Positions 30,126-39,453 of a stretch of DNA of 64,000 bases are shown one piece after another. The position numbers were made by a program, and so were the translations under genes. Below the pieces are notes generated by a model. It had not been told where the DNA came from. It saw only the letters and a program-made list of their open reading frames with translations, and searched no databases. Each line of letters begins with the position of its first letter. Within the stretch, counting starts at the first letter, position 1. This DNA comes from a virus: positions 11,389-75,388 of the IMG/VR virus record IMGVR_UViG_3300028908_000007. One strand, given 5' to 3'.

Positions 30126-31164
30126 GGATTTAACAAAATTCCAGGTTTTTTCATTAGCTATTGTCGCTGAGAACAAAGAAAGAGATTCGGTAGATATCTC
30201 TGCATTACCTATAGAATATCTACCTTTTGTGGATGGAAAGCTTACAGAGGTCGTAGAAGAACAAGCAGAATATTTCTTGGAAAATGAAAGACTTTCGACT
30301 ACTATCAAAAAGGAAAATGTAGTAATAGCCAAATGGCTTCCATTCGGTCATAGTAATAGAGTTACACCACCAGATTTAATAAAAGGAGAGACCGTATTAC
30401 TATTTACCTATGGAGATACGGGAGAATACTACTGGACAACTATTTTCAACGAACCTATCATACGTAGACGAGAGCGAGTAGTATATCTATATGGAAACAT
30501 GGATGAAGATACAAAATACAAAGAAGTCCTTGGTGAAAATAACTCCCATTGGATAGATATAAACGCATATGATAAATATATAAGACTGCATACGTCAGAT
30601 AACGCAGGAGAAGCCACTGCGTATGATATCATTCTCGATTTAAAAGAAGGAGTACTTACAATACGTGATGCACAAGAGAACAGCATCGTATTGGATAGTG
30701 TAAATGGTGTTCTAACTGCACAAATCAATGAAAAGATACATGCTATTACAAAAGAAGTCGTAGTGGATTGTGATAACGCTACTGTAAATGCATCTGAAGA
30801 TATTAAGGCACTTGCAAAGGGAAATGTTGTGGTAGATGCTGGAAAGAATATATCTGCTACTGCTGGGTCTAACATTAGTGCCAATGCAAGTGGAAACATA
30901 TCTGCCTCAGCAGGTGGAAATGTATCAGTACAAGCTTCTGCTGTGAGTATTCAGGCTCCAAACATAGCGTTACAGGGAAATGTAACAATCAGTGGTAGTT
31001 TAGCAGTAGCAGGAGGAATGGCAGTAGGTGGCGGTAGTCCAAGTAGCGGGCAGTTGAGTATCAATGGGAATTTGGTTGGAACTGGTAGCATTAATATCAA
31101 TGGTGATCTCACAGCAAATACACTAACTGCCTTGGTTTCCTGTTCTTGTCCTAACTATCCATAA
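30124..31164 (+). CDS. Baseplate central spike (gpV/VgrG-like; phiKZ gp164-like)
   Basis: AKWLP..SNRVTPPDLIKGETV OB-fold region followed by beta-helix repeats (NISATAGS/NISANASG/NISASAGG). Confidence 0.85.
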   Translation: MDLTKFQVFSLAIVAENKERDSVDISALPIEYLPFVDGKLTEVVEEQAEYFLENERLSTTIKKENVVIAKWLPFGHSNRVTPPDLIKGETVLLFTYGDTGEYYWTTIFNEPIIRRRERVVYLYGNMDEDTKYKEVLGENNSHWIDINAYDKYIRLHTSDNAGEATAYDIILDLKEGVLTIRDAQENSIVLDSVNGVLTAQINEKIHAITKEVVVDCDNATVNASEDIKALAKGNVVVDAGKNISATAGSNISANASGNISASAGGNVSVQASAVSIQAPNIALQGNVTISGSLAVAGGMAVGGGSPSSGQLSINGNLVGTGSININGDLTANTLTALVSCSCPNYP

Positions 31165-31208
31165 TTTTTTGACTAGTCATATTTCGTTTTTTAATTCCGG
31201 AGTTTTTC

Positions 31209-31889
31209 ATGGCAACACCTGTAACAGCCACAGAATTTAGCAGCGCTAATACCTTTAAGCTTATGTATGAGTGTCCTTCTACGAGCACTTATGCGATCGT
31301 AGCTGTAAAGGTACTTAATACAGATCCAACGAATAATGCTATTATACGCATTGCTGTATCAACACAAGCAACGACTGCGAACCCATCTCCAGCAAACGAT
31401 GAGTATATTGAATATGCTACCACTCTTGCACCAAAGACCGGTATGGAGAGGGGTAGTATCATTATGGCTCCTGGAGAGAAACTGGTAATCTGGTCTAATA
31501 CTTCAACAGTAGCGTTTAGAGTACATGGTTTGGAGAGAATTACCAGCAATCAGGCAGTGAGTGTGGCAAAATCCAGTCCATCTCAAGGAAGCTGGAATAC
31601 AATCTATACTACTCCTACAACAGCAGGAACAAAAACAGTAAACTATGGAACATACCATATCAATATTTTGAACAATGGCGGTAGTGCAGGCGATCTGGAT
31701 CTTGCCATTTCTCCAGCCTCTCCTCCACTGAATAAAACACTGATCGAACGCGAACAAACCCTCCAAGCCAACGGAGATGGTCTTATTCACACATGCAATA
31801 TCATGGTGCCTGGTGAGAAAGTATTGATCAAACCAACCATCGGTACTATGATTATTCGTGTGGCTGGTATCATGGATCTGAATCCATAG
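31209..31889 (+). CDS. Probable virion protein made of two tandem homologous beta-rich domains
   Basis: Internal duplication: IEYATTL..IMAPGEKLVI..FRVHG versus IEREQTL..IMVPGEKVLI..IRVAG. Confidence 0.7.
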   Translation: MATPVTATEFSSANTFKLMYECPSTSTYAIVAVKVLNTDPTNNAIIRIAVSTQATTANPSPANDEYIEYATTLAPKTGMERGSIIMAPGEKLVIWSNTSTVAFRVHGLERITSNQAVSVAKSSPSQGSWNTIYTTPTTAGTKTVNYGTYHINILNNGGSAGDLDLAISPASPPLNKTLIEREQTLQANGDGLIHTCNIMVPGEKVLIKPTIGTMIIRVAGIMDLNP

Positions 31890-31900
31890 GACGACATATT

Positions 31901-31931
31901 CCCACCGCTCCCACAGATTGGGAGCGGTGGG
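31901..31931. terminator. Hairpin between convergent genes
   Basis: 13-bp stem CCCACCGCTCCCA/TGGGAGCGGTGGG. Confidence 0.8.
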
Positions 31932-31941
31932 TAGTATAAAA

Positions 31942-32808
31942 TCAGGTAAGATTTTTGTAGAAGATAGATGCGGCATCTCCCTCACCACACGGTCCTACCT
32001 CAGACAAGAACAGCTCTGGGTCTTCTGGGAATATGTCTTCTGGTATTGTAGGATTCCATATTGGTCCTGGATCCATTGTCTCCCCTCTGACATGCTTGTC
32101 ATAGAAAAGATCATCCCCATCAATTGCACAATCTGTATAACAGAGCTCGACAGTCTCATCCTGAACGATTGACGGTCCTCCAGGACTATCACAATCATGA
32201 CCACAACAACCATTCAGCAATAGACATTCCATACTATCCATAACTGTCTGATCAAGCGCCATAACATTTTGTAATTCTATATAGCGCTGTTTCCAACTCT
32301 TTCGCACAGTAATGGCGTTTTGTCTCATAGTTAGAATCTGTTCATGATCGTCATATGGGACTTTCATTACTGCTGAATTCAATACGACTTCAATGCCAGG
32401 TGTAATACCTATTCTGTCATGAATAACTTGTGCTACTTCATTCACCAACGCAGATAAATCATAATCCACTGGAAGTGGACCAATATCTATCGCCAATGCT
32501 TTCGACTGATAGCGTACACCACTTACTACAGGATACGACAAGACATATGGTTCTGGTATATGTAATACTTCGTTGCCATCCCCTATAAAGGTAATAATCG
32601 ACTTACCTTCGTCCAAATGTTGTTTAAAAACACTCTCTGGTACACCTACAGGTTGATAGATTTCTTCATATGGGTTTTCCCCACTAATCTTCATGTCCGG
32701 TAGAAGCCGGATGGAATATACCTGATAAATTCTAGATGGATTAATTAAAGTGTCAAAAGGTGCTGCTACAGTAATACAGCCTTTTGCACCAATTGTTGGA
32801 AGCGTCAT
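31942..32808 (-). CDS. Virion structural protein (phiKZ gp157-like) with an acidic Cys-rich C-terminal extension
   Basis: PTIGAKG..APF, Y.PVG, IPEPYVLSYP and DIGPLP motifs. Start placed at MTLPT (32808). Confidence 0.7.
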   Translation of the reverse strand: MTLPTIGAKGCITVAAPFDTLINPSRIYQVYSIRLLPDMKISGENPYEEIYQPVGVPESVFKQHLDEGKSIITFIGDGNEVLHIPEPYVLSYPVVSGVRYQSKALAIDIGPLPVDYDLSALVNEVAQVIHDRIGITPGIEVVLNSAVMKVPYDDHEQILTMRQNAITVRKSWKQRYIELQNVMALDQTVMDSMECLLLNGCCGHDCDSPGGPSIVQDETVELCYTDCAIDGDDLFYDKHVRGETMDPGPIWNPTIPEDIFPEDPELFLSEVGPCGEGDAASIFYKNLT

Positions 32809-32832
32809 TTCGCAATCTCGGGTTTTTAAATC

Positions 32833-33096
32833 ATGAAATTTGGCATAACGATTATAATCGGCTTGATTATGCGATTTCTCCGGGAGTCCTATATTGAGGA
32901 AGACGGATATTCTTTTCACTCCCCAAGATTTGATTTATTCAACTGGACTCTCATTATTGCTTTGGTTATCTCTATTTGTTTAAATTTATATGCGTTTGTA
33001 GGATTCATAAAACTATCAAAAACATTGTCAGACATCGAGGAGATGATACATGTCGATTGTGCTATACCTAAATCTTCTGTCAGAAGAAAGAACTAA
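32833..33096 (+). CDS. Small membrane protein
   Basis: 87 aa with one or two hydrophobic segments; coupled to the next ORF. Confidence 0.6.
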   Translation: MKFGITIIIGLIMRFLRESYIEEDGYSFHSPRFDLFNWTLIIALVISICLNLYAFVGFIKLSKTLSDIEEMIHVDCAIPKSSVRRKN

Positions 33097-34267
33097 AATC
33101 TATATTGGTGGTTTTGGTTATCAATACTCTGTAGGTGATAAAAAAGATAAGGGAGTGTCTTCTTATAAAACAAGAAAAGCCACAAAAGAAGGATTAGTAA
33201 AGAAGGCAGAAGATGAAGCAGAACTCGTAACCATTGAGAAGTATATCGACCTATATTGTGTAACCGATAGAATACCTCTCACATATAAGAATATCAAAGA
33301 GTTAAACCATATATACGAAGCTATAGAAAACCTTATAGGAGACGAACACTCTATAACAAAGATAATTACCAATAGTAATGTCATTGCAAGACTCTATAGA
33401 AATCATAAAGTACCTATCGAATACATACGAAGTAATTCAGACGAAGAACTATTACGTATTGCTGAGCTTAACGCAAAGTACGCATATAAAGTAAAAAAAT
33501 CAGGAATCGATTATAGCGATAGGGTAAGTAGATGGAAACCTAAATATGAGAAATCTGACCTATTTATTAACCAGAATCTGCTCTACTTTACTACAGATAA
33601 CATCGATACGAGTAAAACAATTTATATTACATATAAGACAGTAAAGGATACTGATTTTGGTCAGAAACACAATAGCACTATCTATAGCCTATTTATTCCA
33701 AATAAACGAGACGAGTTAATCGATAGAATTACTGCAAAACGACTTGAAATATCGGATTATAATACTTTAAGTGCTTTATCACTACAACGACTTTACGATG
33801 TCGAAGTACAACGACTTCTTTATAAAGATTTTGACTCTGTCATAGAAGTTAAATCATCAAGAAGTAATAATCCTCCAAGATACATTACTTGTTTGGATTA
33901 TATAACTCTGTCTTGGGATATACTACCTCCAGGCTTGGGGATGCGTATCCTTAACATAGAGAATCAATTAGAACGTTTGATGAAGGAGTGGCTTTCCTGG
34001 CTGAATACTCCAAATAACTTAACATGCTACGAGATAACAGATTCTATAAATGAGTCATTAAGTCCTAAAGATAAGGATGTGTATATAAAGAAATTAAACA
34101 AGAAACTCATTTATGGTTTGGATCTGCCACCAAGAAATAATTTGAAGAGATTACAAAAACTAAACTATCGCGTCTATATCATAGAACAGGATGAGAGGTT
34201 TTACACAGGCATCGTTACAGATGAGGGATCTATATTTTGGACAGCGTACTACTCAAATTTCAGTTAA
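33050..34267 (+). CDS. RNase H-like protein (phiKZ gp155-like), catalytic residues apparently degenerate
   Basis: Layout IVLY.., GGFGY.Y, VTIEKYID, KEL, IITNS and the C-terminal LIYGLDLPPRNNLKRL; syntenic between the gp157-like gene and RecA. Confidence 0.65.
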   Translation: MSIVLYLNLLSEERTKIYIGGFGYQYSVGDKKDKGVSSYKTRKATKEGLVKKAEDEAELVTIEKYIDLYCVTDRIPLTYKNIKELNHIYEAIENLIGDEHSITKIITNSNVIARLYRNHKVPIEYIRSNSDEELLRIAELNAKYAYKVKKSGIDYSDRVSRWKPKYEKSDLFINQNLLYFTTDNIDTSKTIYITYKTVKDTDFGQKHNSTIYSLFIPNKRDELIDRITAKRLEISDYNTLSALSLQRLYDVEVQRLLYKDFDSVIEVKSSRSNNPPRYITCLDYITLSWDILPPGLGMRILNIENQLERLMKEWLSWLNTPNNLTCYEITDSINESLSPKDKDVYIKKLNKKLIYGLDLPPRNNLKRLQKLNYRVYIIEQDERFYTGIVTDEGSIFWTAYYSNFS

Positions 34268-34323
34268 CATTTCTAAACACTTTCATCCCGTTTTGGGTTC
34301 ATCAACTTTGCAGATAGTTTTTT

Positions 34324-34791
34324 ATGTGGATATTGTTAAAAGTATTTTCCAAGATACTCGGAGATACAGCAATCCATCGATTGATTGTTGGAGGAGTATT
34401 AGGATTACTGGTAGATAGAAATTCGTCCTATGAAGAAATAAAACATATTGTCGATAATATCAATAGGAAACGTGAATTAGCCCACGATCCAGAATCATTG
34501 ATACTTCCGATCTGGTTGGCTACGGAAATGTGGAAAGCACCTACAATATGTGAGTTTACGAAGTCGTTTGAATTAAACAACGACTCAGATTGCTCTACAC
34601 TGAGAGATGCAGTGCTCCATTCGAATGTAAGTCATAGACAGATCGCTGCTTGGCTGATAGATCGGTTAAACCCGGTATTGCGAAAGCGCATTAGCGGAAA
34701 GGAAGAAACATATATACACGATATTGTACATCTTTTAGATGACTTTGCTAGTCTTACTACATCCACTACAACCCACGCTCACGCAGCGTGA
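34324..34791 (+). CDS. Hypothetical protein
   Basis: 155-aa ORF followed by a hairpin. Confidence 0.7.
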   Translation: MWILLKVFSKILGDTAIHRLIVGGVLGLLVDRNSSYEEIKHIVDNINRKRELAHDPESLILPIWLATEMWKAPTICEFTKSFELNNDSDCSTLRDAVLHSNVSHRQIAAWLIDRLNPVLRKRISGKEETYIHDIVHLLDDFASLTTSTTTHAHAA

Positions 34792-34810
34792 TTGTGATGG
34801 AGATAAAACA

Positions 34811-34843
34811 CCCACCCTCTCCCAATCCATGGGAGAGGGTGGG
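34811..34843. terminator. Hairpin between convergent genes
   Basis: 14-bp stem CCCACCCTCTCCCA/TGGGAGAGGGTGGG. Confidence 0.8.
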
Positions 34844-34858
34844 ATAAATAATACTAGA

Positions 34859-35665
34859 TCAGATCTGATCAGAAATCATCTTCATTCCAACATAAAATGC
34901 AGAAACGGTATCTATAACTATTGTGTTATAATATGCCGTGTTTTCTACTGCATTTATTGTAGCTTCCAACAATCCCTTTATGACGATCAACTCCCTGTCG
35001 TCGAGTTTCTTGGCATTTTTATAAAGCTTGTCAACTTTTGAATCAACCGCTTTTATGATCCCATTTACTCTGGATAAGTCTGGAGTAGGGTCTTGCTTTT
35101 CAAGTAAGAAGTGATTCTTTATTGTGCTTACCAAGAGTTTTTCATTTCCATATGCATTCGATACGGTAGATATTTCTACTTTTGAATCCATTTGAAAGTG
35201 CGATCGTATATCATCATCTACGACTCTATTTATCTTTTCACATTCATCCCTTATTGACTTAATTCTACCATGCTCGTCTACCATTTCTTTCCCATAGACT
35301 TTTACTGCGATATATTTGTCTAATTGATCTAATATGTCTGCCATAGTGGCTGTTAAATAACTATTCTTTGCTAAGTCCGGATATAGTTTATACATTGGAT
35401 CTGATAGACCAATTGGTATAGGTACGGTATTTGATCTAAGTTTATAGAAGTTTTCCCGAGTTATACGTTTACTCACATACCTTAATGTATTTCGTACAGT
35501 AGGAACACTATCAGGCAGTTGAGTATAGATAGAATTTGTACGGCGAAATATATCAAAAACACCCAACAGATTTGAGAAGCTTCGACTTAGAAAGCCAATG
35601 GCTTCCAAACTATCTGTTATATTGGTGTAGTCTTCGGAGGAAAAATCCGTAATCTGAATGGACAT
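34859..35665 (-). CDS. Probable virion head protein (positionally phiKZ gp153-like)
   Basis: 268 aa, helical; an N-terminal SLE|A could be a prohead-protease site; divergent from RecA. Confidence 0.55.
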   Translation of the reverse strand: MSIQITDFSSEDYTNITDSLEAIGFLSRSFSNLLGVFDIFRRTNSIYTQLPDSVPTVRNTLRYVSKRITRENFYKLRSNTVPIPIGLSDPMYKLYPDLAKNSYLTATMADILDQLDKYIAVKVYGKEMVDEHGRIKSIRDECEKINRVVDDDIRSHFQMDSKVEISTVSNAYGNEKLLVSTIKNHFLLEKQDPTPDLSRVNGIIKAVDSKVDKLYKNAKKLDDRELIVIKGLLEATINAVENTAYYNTIVIDTVSAFYVGMKMISDQI

Positions 35666-35723
35666 ATTAAAAACCTAAAAAATGACATAGTCAGAGAATT
35701 TCATCAATTTTGGGAGAAACAAC

Positions 35724-37109
35724 ATGGCAAAACATTCAATAAGTGAACTTCGACAAGTACCAGGGATTCGTCCAATTATCAACATTGGTGCTTGTCTTGA
35801 TATACCTACATCCTTGATTACCACAGGTGCTAAAGGAGAAACCATCATCAATGGCGGATTATCCATGCTGACAGGCATTGTTGGTGATGGTAATCTATTT
35901 AAATCTACTATTATGCATTATATGGTATTAACCGCAGCCGATAGAATTGCTACAGCAAAACCAAATATCTTTACTTATGATACAGAAATGAATATGCATG
36001 TAGAGAGACTATTTAGTCTTGCTTCTGGTCTAGAACATCTTAGTATAGAAGAGCTGGAAGACCTATGGATTATTACAGATAAAACACAACATCTAGGGGA
36101 AGAGTGGTTTGCTATTATGAAGGACTATATGACATCAAAGAAAAAAGAAGTTACTACACCTTTTGTAAACAGGAAAGGTGAACAAGTAAAGATTATAAAA
36201 CCAGACTTTATTGAAATAGACTCTTTGACAGACTTTGAAACATCGAACCAGATGGACTTGTATGACAAATCTGACTTAGGTGAAAGTGGAGGGAATACAC
36301 TATTCTTACGGGCGGGTCTGATTAAGACAAGACTTATTCTTGAGTTGGTAAATCTTGTTTACAGATATTCCACATATACTTTGTTTTCAGCACACATGGG
36401 TGAAAAGGCAGAACTCAATGCCAGACCTGGTATGCGACCAAAGAAGAAGATGCAGTATATGGAAGCAGAAACAAAGATCAAAGGTGTTTCTGATAGAGTA
36501 TACTATAGTCCTTCCATCGTATGGAGGCCTAAGAAAGCTGTCAATATGAAAAAAGCAGATAGCCTTAGTCCTGAGTATCCAATAAGAGCAGCGGAGGATG
36601 GCAAAGGCGATTACACAGAACTCAACTTGGTAACGCTTGTAGCAATGCGATCGAAGAGTGGTAGAAGTGGCTATAGCATAGATTTGGTAGTAAGTCAAGA
36701 TGAAGGTGTCTTACCTACATTGACAGAGTTTCATTTCCTAAAAAGCAATAAGAAGTATGGTATGGAAGGAAACAATGTTCGTTATCATATGGTGTTGTAT
36801 CCAGAAGTGACAATTACAAGACCGTCTGTAAGAGAATTGATTTCTGGTGATCCATTGCTTAGACGAGCTATCAATATCACATCAGAACTACTACAATTAC
36901 ATATCTTTAAACCAGAGTTAAAAGCCCAGGGATTACTGTGTAGCCCAGAAGAACTCTATAATGATTTAAAGAAGAAATATGATTGGAAGGAATTATTGAA
37001 GACAAGAGGCTATTGGACACTGGATCAATATGAGAACAAAGTACCGTATTTAAGTATTATTGACCTGTTAAAGATGCGTACAGGTGAATATACTCCTTAC
37101 TGGCTCTAA
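35724..37109 (+). CDS. uvsX: RecA/UvsX-like recombinase (phiKZ gp152-like)
   Basis: PIINIGACLDIPT, GDGNLFKST Walker A, YDTE, EIDSL, IKGV and RSKSGRSG; strong RBS. Confidence 0.9.
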   Translation: MAKHSISELRQVPGIRPIINIGACLDIPTSLITTGAKGETIINGGLSMLTGIVGDGNLFKSTIMHYMVLTAADRIATAKPNIFTYDTEMNMHVERLFSLASGLEHLSIEELEDLWIITDKTQHLGEEWFAIMKDYMTSKKKEVTTPFVNRKGEQVKIIKPDFIEIDSLTDFETSNQMDLYDKSDLGESGGNTLFLRAGLIKTRLILELVNLVYRYSTYTLFSAHMGEKAELNARPGMRPKKKMQYMEAETKIKGVSDRVYYSPSIVWRPKKAVNMKKADSLSPEYPIRAAEDGKGDYTELNLVTLVAMRSKSGRSGYSIDLVVSQDEGVLPTLTEFHFLKSNKKYGMEGNNVRYHMVLYPEVTITRPSVRELISGDPLLRRAINITSELLQLHIFKPELKAQGLLCSPEELYNDLKKKYDWKELLKTRGYWTLDQYENKVPYLSIIDLLKMRTGEYTPYWL

Positions 37110-37134
37110 ACTTTTTTTTGAGAGATTTTTTCAC

Positions 37135-37794
37135 ATGAGAAAGACTGTTCAGACAAACGACAACGGACTTATCAGCTATAAACTGGACAAATACCTGATT
37201 TCCATACCAGAATTACCGCCCAGCTTGATTAGGAATACAGAAACACTTGCGACAGCTCCTGATCTTACCTCCCTATTTTTTATACCAACTGGTTATACAG
37301 TAGTTACCTCTTTTGAAAGTATCTATACTGGAAAGACTATTATCGTTTATCAGGACGATAACAATAATTTATTACTTATGGCAGGGTTTTATAAATATGC
37401 TAATATGAATCCAGCATCCCTACATATGGAGGCGTATGGTGTAAGTAGTAATAAAGGAAAAATAGGGGACCAAGTAGATGTTACTTTCGTACAAGAAGAT
37501 CTTGAAGAGGGAAGCAGTGGATTCCCTGCACCGATTCCGGCTGGTGGGATTACTGCTGCGTTGCTGAATACTGTAGAGATGGGTAATCCAGATCTTTCAA
37601 GAGCCAGTATTATTAACACAATGACTGGTAATCGAATTGTAGTACAGTCTACGATTCCGGTTCTCACACTGAGCTTGAATGCTCCTGTAAAGTATCATCC
37701 TTGGTTCATTGTACCTACAGTAGGTACTGGACATAAGTTTATGAAAGGACAGCTTGGGGAGTATAATGAGATCAGTATACCCGTTCTTCTCTGA
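37135..37794 (+). CDS. Hypothetical protein
   Basis: Beta-rich ORF; start placed at MRKTV; TGATG coupling to the next gene. Confidence 0.7.
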   Translation: MRKTVQTNDNGLISYKLDKYLISIPELPPSLIRNTETLATAPDLTSLFFIPTGYTVVTSFESIYTGKTIIVYQDDNNNLLLMAGFYKYANMNPASLHMEAYGVSSNKGKIGDQVDVTFVQEDLEEGSSGFPAPIPAGGITAALLNTVEMGNPDLSRASIINTMTGNRIVVQSTIPVLTLSLNAPVKYHPWFIVPTVGTGHKFMKGQLGEYNEISIPVLL

Positions 37795-38456
37795 TGTCTC
37801 GCAAGAAAGCTGAAGATATTATAATAAAATACATTAATAAAATCTATCCAAATGGGAAGGCAGTAGAAGCATACAAAGAAAAGTTCAAAAAGATGAGTGA
37901 CAAGGAATTCAAAAAGTTCATGGAAGAACTTCGAGATGGGAAAAGAGAACTAGTAGTTATTGCACCACCGTATGGGAAATCCAAATTATCAACAGAGAAG
38001 AATATATCCATTGCAAAAGAACTTGGATATACATTTCACCAGCATTTATGGATTGGTCCTACAAAAACACTACCAAAATATAAAACACCAGTTAAATATT
38101 TGGTATTAGAATTGCCTTACAAGAGAGCAGCACAGACACTTACAAAAAAGATATCGGTACCATCTACTAGCAGGATAGTTGACACATTGACAGGACAACC
38201 AGCTGGTTCATCAAAAGGAGCAGCAGTAACCTATCCAGAACTGATGGTTCTTAGTGGAATGGGTTTGGATAAGTCAATCGAAGAATTGATTAAATATCGA
38301 GGAGGAGATAAGGGAGGATACCAGGCTTTCTTAGGAATGGCTGATGCAAATGGAATTATTCGCCAGGAATCTATAAAGTTATTTGCTACAGATGTATCCA
38401 GTAAGACTAGTTTAAAGCATTACCTTCAAGCGGCTCTACTTAGGAATAACTTGTGA
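37794..38456 (+). CDS. Virion RNA polymerase beta subunit, C-terminal fragment (phiKZ gp149-like)
   Basis: QTLTKKISVP, VDTLTGQPAGSSKGA.VTYPE and E.IKYRGGD, equivalent to the RpoB C-terminus 'T.QP..G...GG...GE.E' region. Confidence 0.88.
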   Translation: MSRKKAEDIIIKYINKIYPNGKAVEAYKEKFKKMSDKEFKKFMEELRDGKRELVVIAPPYGKSKLSTEKNISIAKELGYTFHQHLWIGPTKTLPKYKTPVKYLVLELPYKRAAQTLTKKISVPSTSRIVDTLTGQPAGSSKGAAVTYPELMVLSGMGLDKSIEELIKYRGGDKGGYQAFLGMADANGIIRQESIKLFATDVSSKTSLKHYLQAALLRNNL

Positions 38457-38466
38457 TACTATTTAT

Positions 38467-38506
38467 ATACCCAGCCCGACAGCTATTTGTTTGCCGGGCT
38501 GGGTAT
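38467..38506. terminator. Hairpin between convergent genes
   Basis: Stem ATACCCAGCCCG/CGGGCTGGGTAT. Confidence 0.75.
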
Positions 38507-38510
38507 GAAA

Positions 38511-38888
38511 TTATTTTATAATTTGATCCAAACTTATATCGGTTTCTCCGATACTCAACTCTCCAGGAACATCCATTGGATCCACCTTCTTTGTTTTTGT
38601 TGGAGCCTGTTTTCTTTCAGTTAACGTAGTTTCTACGGTTTTCATTTCCCGAAGTATATGTGCAGCAAGTTCTGCTGTTCTCTTGTTTTGTTCATCTTGA
38701 GTTTTTATAGATGCTTTCGATAGAATCTGTCTATCCAAACCATCTATAAGATCGATGAAGAATCTGTTGTATTTCCTATCCGGGAGAGGATTGTCTTCAT
38801 CCACCAAGGTCTCTAATGCTTTTCTTCTTAGACTTCTTGTATAATTAAGATCGTCTATATCGGAAGGACCGAAAAGGGTATCTGACAT
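38511..38888 (-). CDS. Hypothetical protein (positionally phiKZ gp148-like)
   Basis: LNYTRSLR, LIDGLDRQIL and VPGELSIG; start placed at MSDTL. Confidence 0.65.
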   Translation of the reverse strand: MSDTLFGPSDIDDLNYTRSLRRKALETLVDEDNPLPDRKYNRFFIDLIDGLDRQILSKASIKTQDEQNKRTAELAAHILREMKTVETTLTERKQAPTKTKKVDPMDVPGELSIGETDISLDQIIK

Positions 38889-38903
38889 AATCAAAAACCA
38901 GTC

Positions 38904-39413
38904 ATGTTGTTAAAAAAACTATTCAGTAAATTTAAAGATGAGGCTGTCTCTAAGAAAGACGATAAAAAGCCTTCTAGGAGCTCCTCAGAGGCTCTCAGAG
39001 ACGTTTTTAGCGACATAGATAGGGTTAGGTATTACTTAGCCAATATAGAGTCTAAGATTGCTTTAGATATCCATAAGAACAAATATAGCCTGATCAAATT
39101 ACCTACTAATATTAAAAACATAGTAGAATATCGAAACATTCTAGGAACCATTATAAACAACAACAATAATGATCTATATAAACACTATGGTATGTTAAAT
39201 AATAATAGAGATGTTTATCTACAGGAATGGTTTACACTAAATGGATATTACATAGAAGATCCTGTAGAGGAACTTAGGCTATTTTTAGACTATGTAAAGT
39301 TATTTATAGAACACCTAAATGACAATAAAAATCTTACAGTTTCTAACCAACTAGCCATAACTAATATAAAAGATATACTAGAAGTTTTCTATCAAATCAG
39401 CTCAACTCGCTAG
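38904..39413 (+). CDS. Hypothetical protein
   Basis: 169-aa ORF. Confidence 0.7.
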   Translation: MLLKKLFSKFKDEAVSKKDDKKPSRSSSEALRDVFSDIDRVRYYLANIESKIALDIHKNKYSLIKLPTNIKNIVEYRNILGTIINNNNNDLYKHYGMLNNNRDVYLQEWFTLNGYYIEDPVEELRLFLDYVKLFIEHLNDNKNLTVSNQLAITNIKDILEVFYQISSTR

Positions 39414-39453
39414 TATATATAATAACTGTCCAATAACTTGTCGGAGAAACAAC

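Noticed and set aside
30126-30332. 69-aa N-terminal extension of SbcC in the ORF track
   Set aside because: It is antisense to the spike gene; the SMC-family N-terminal motif begins at M70 (30125).
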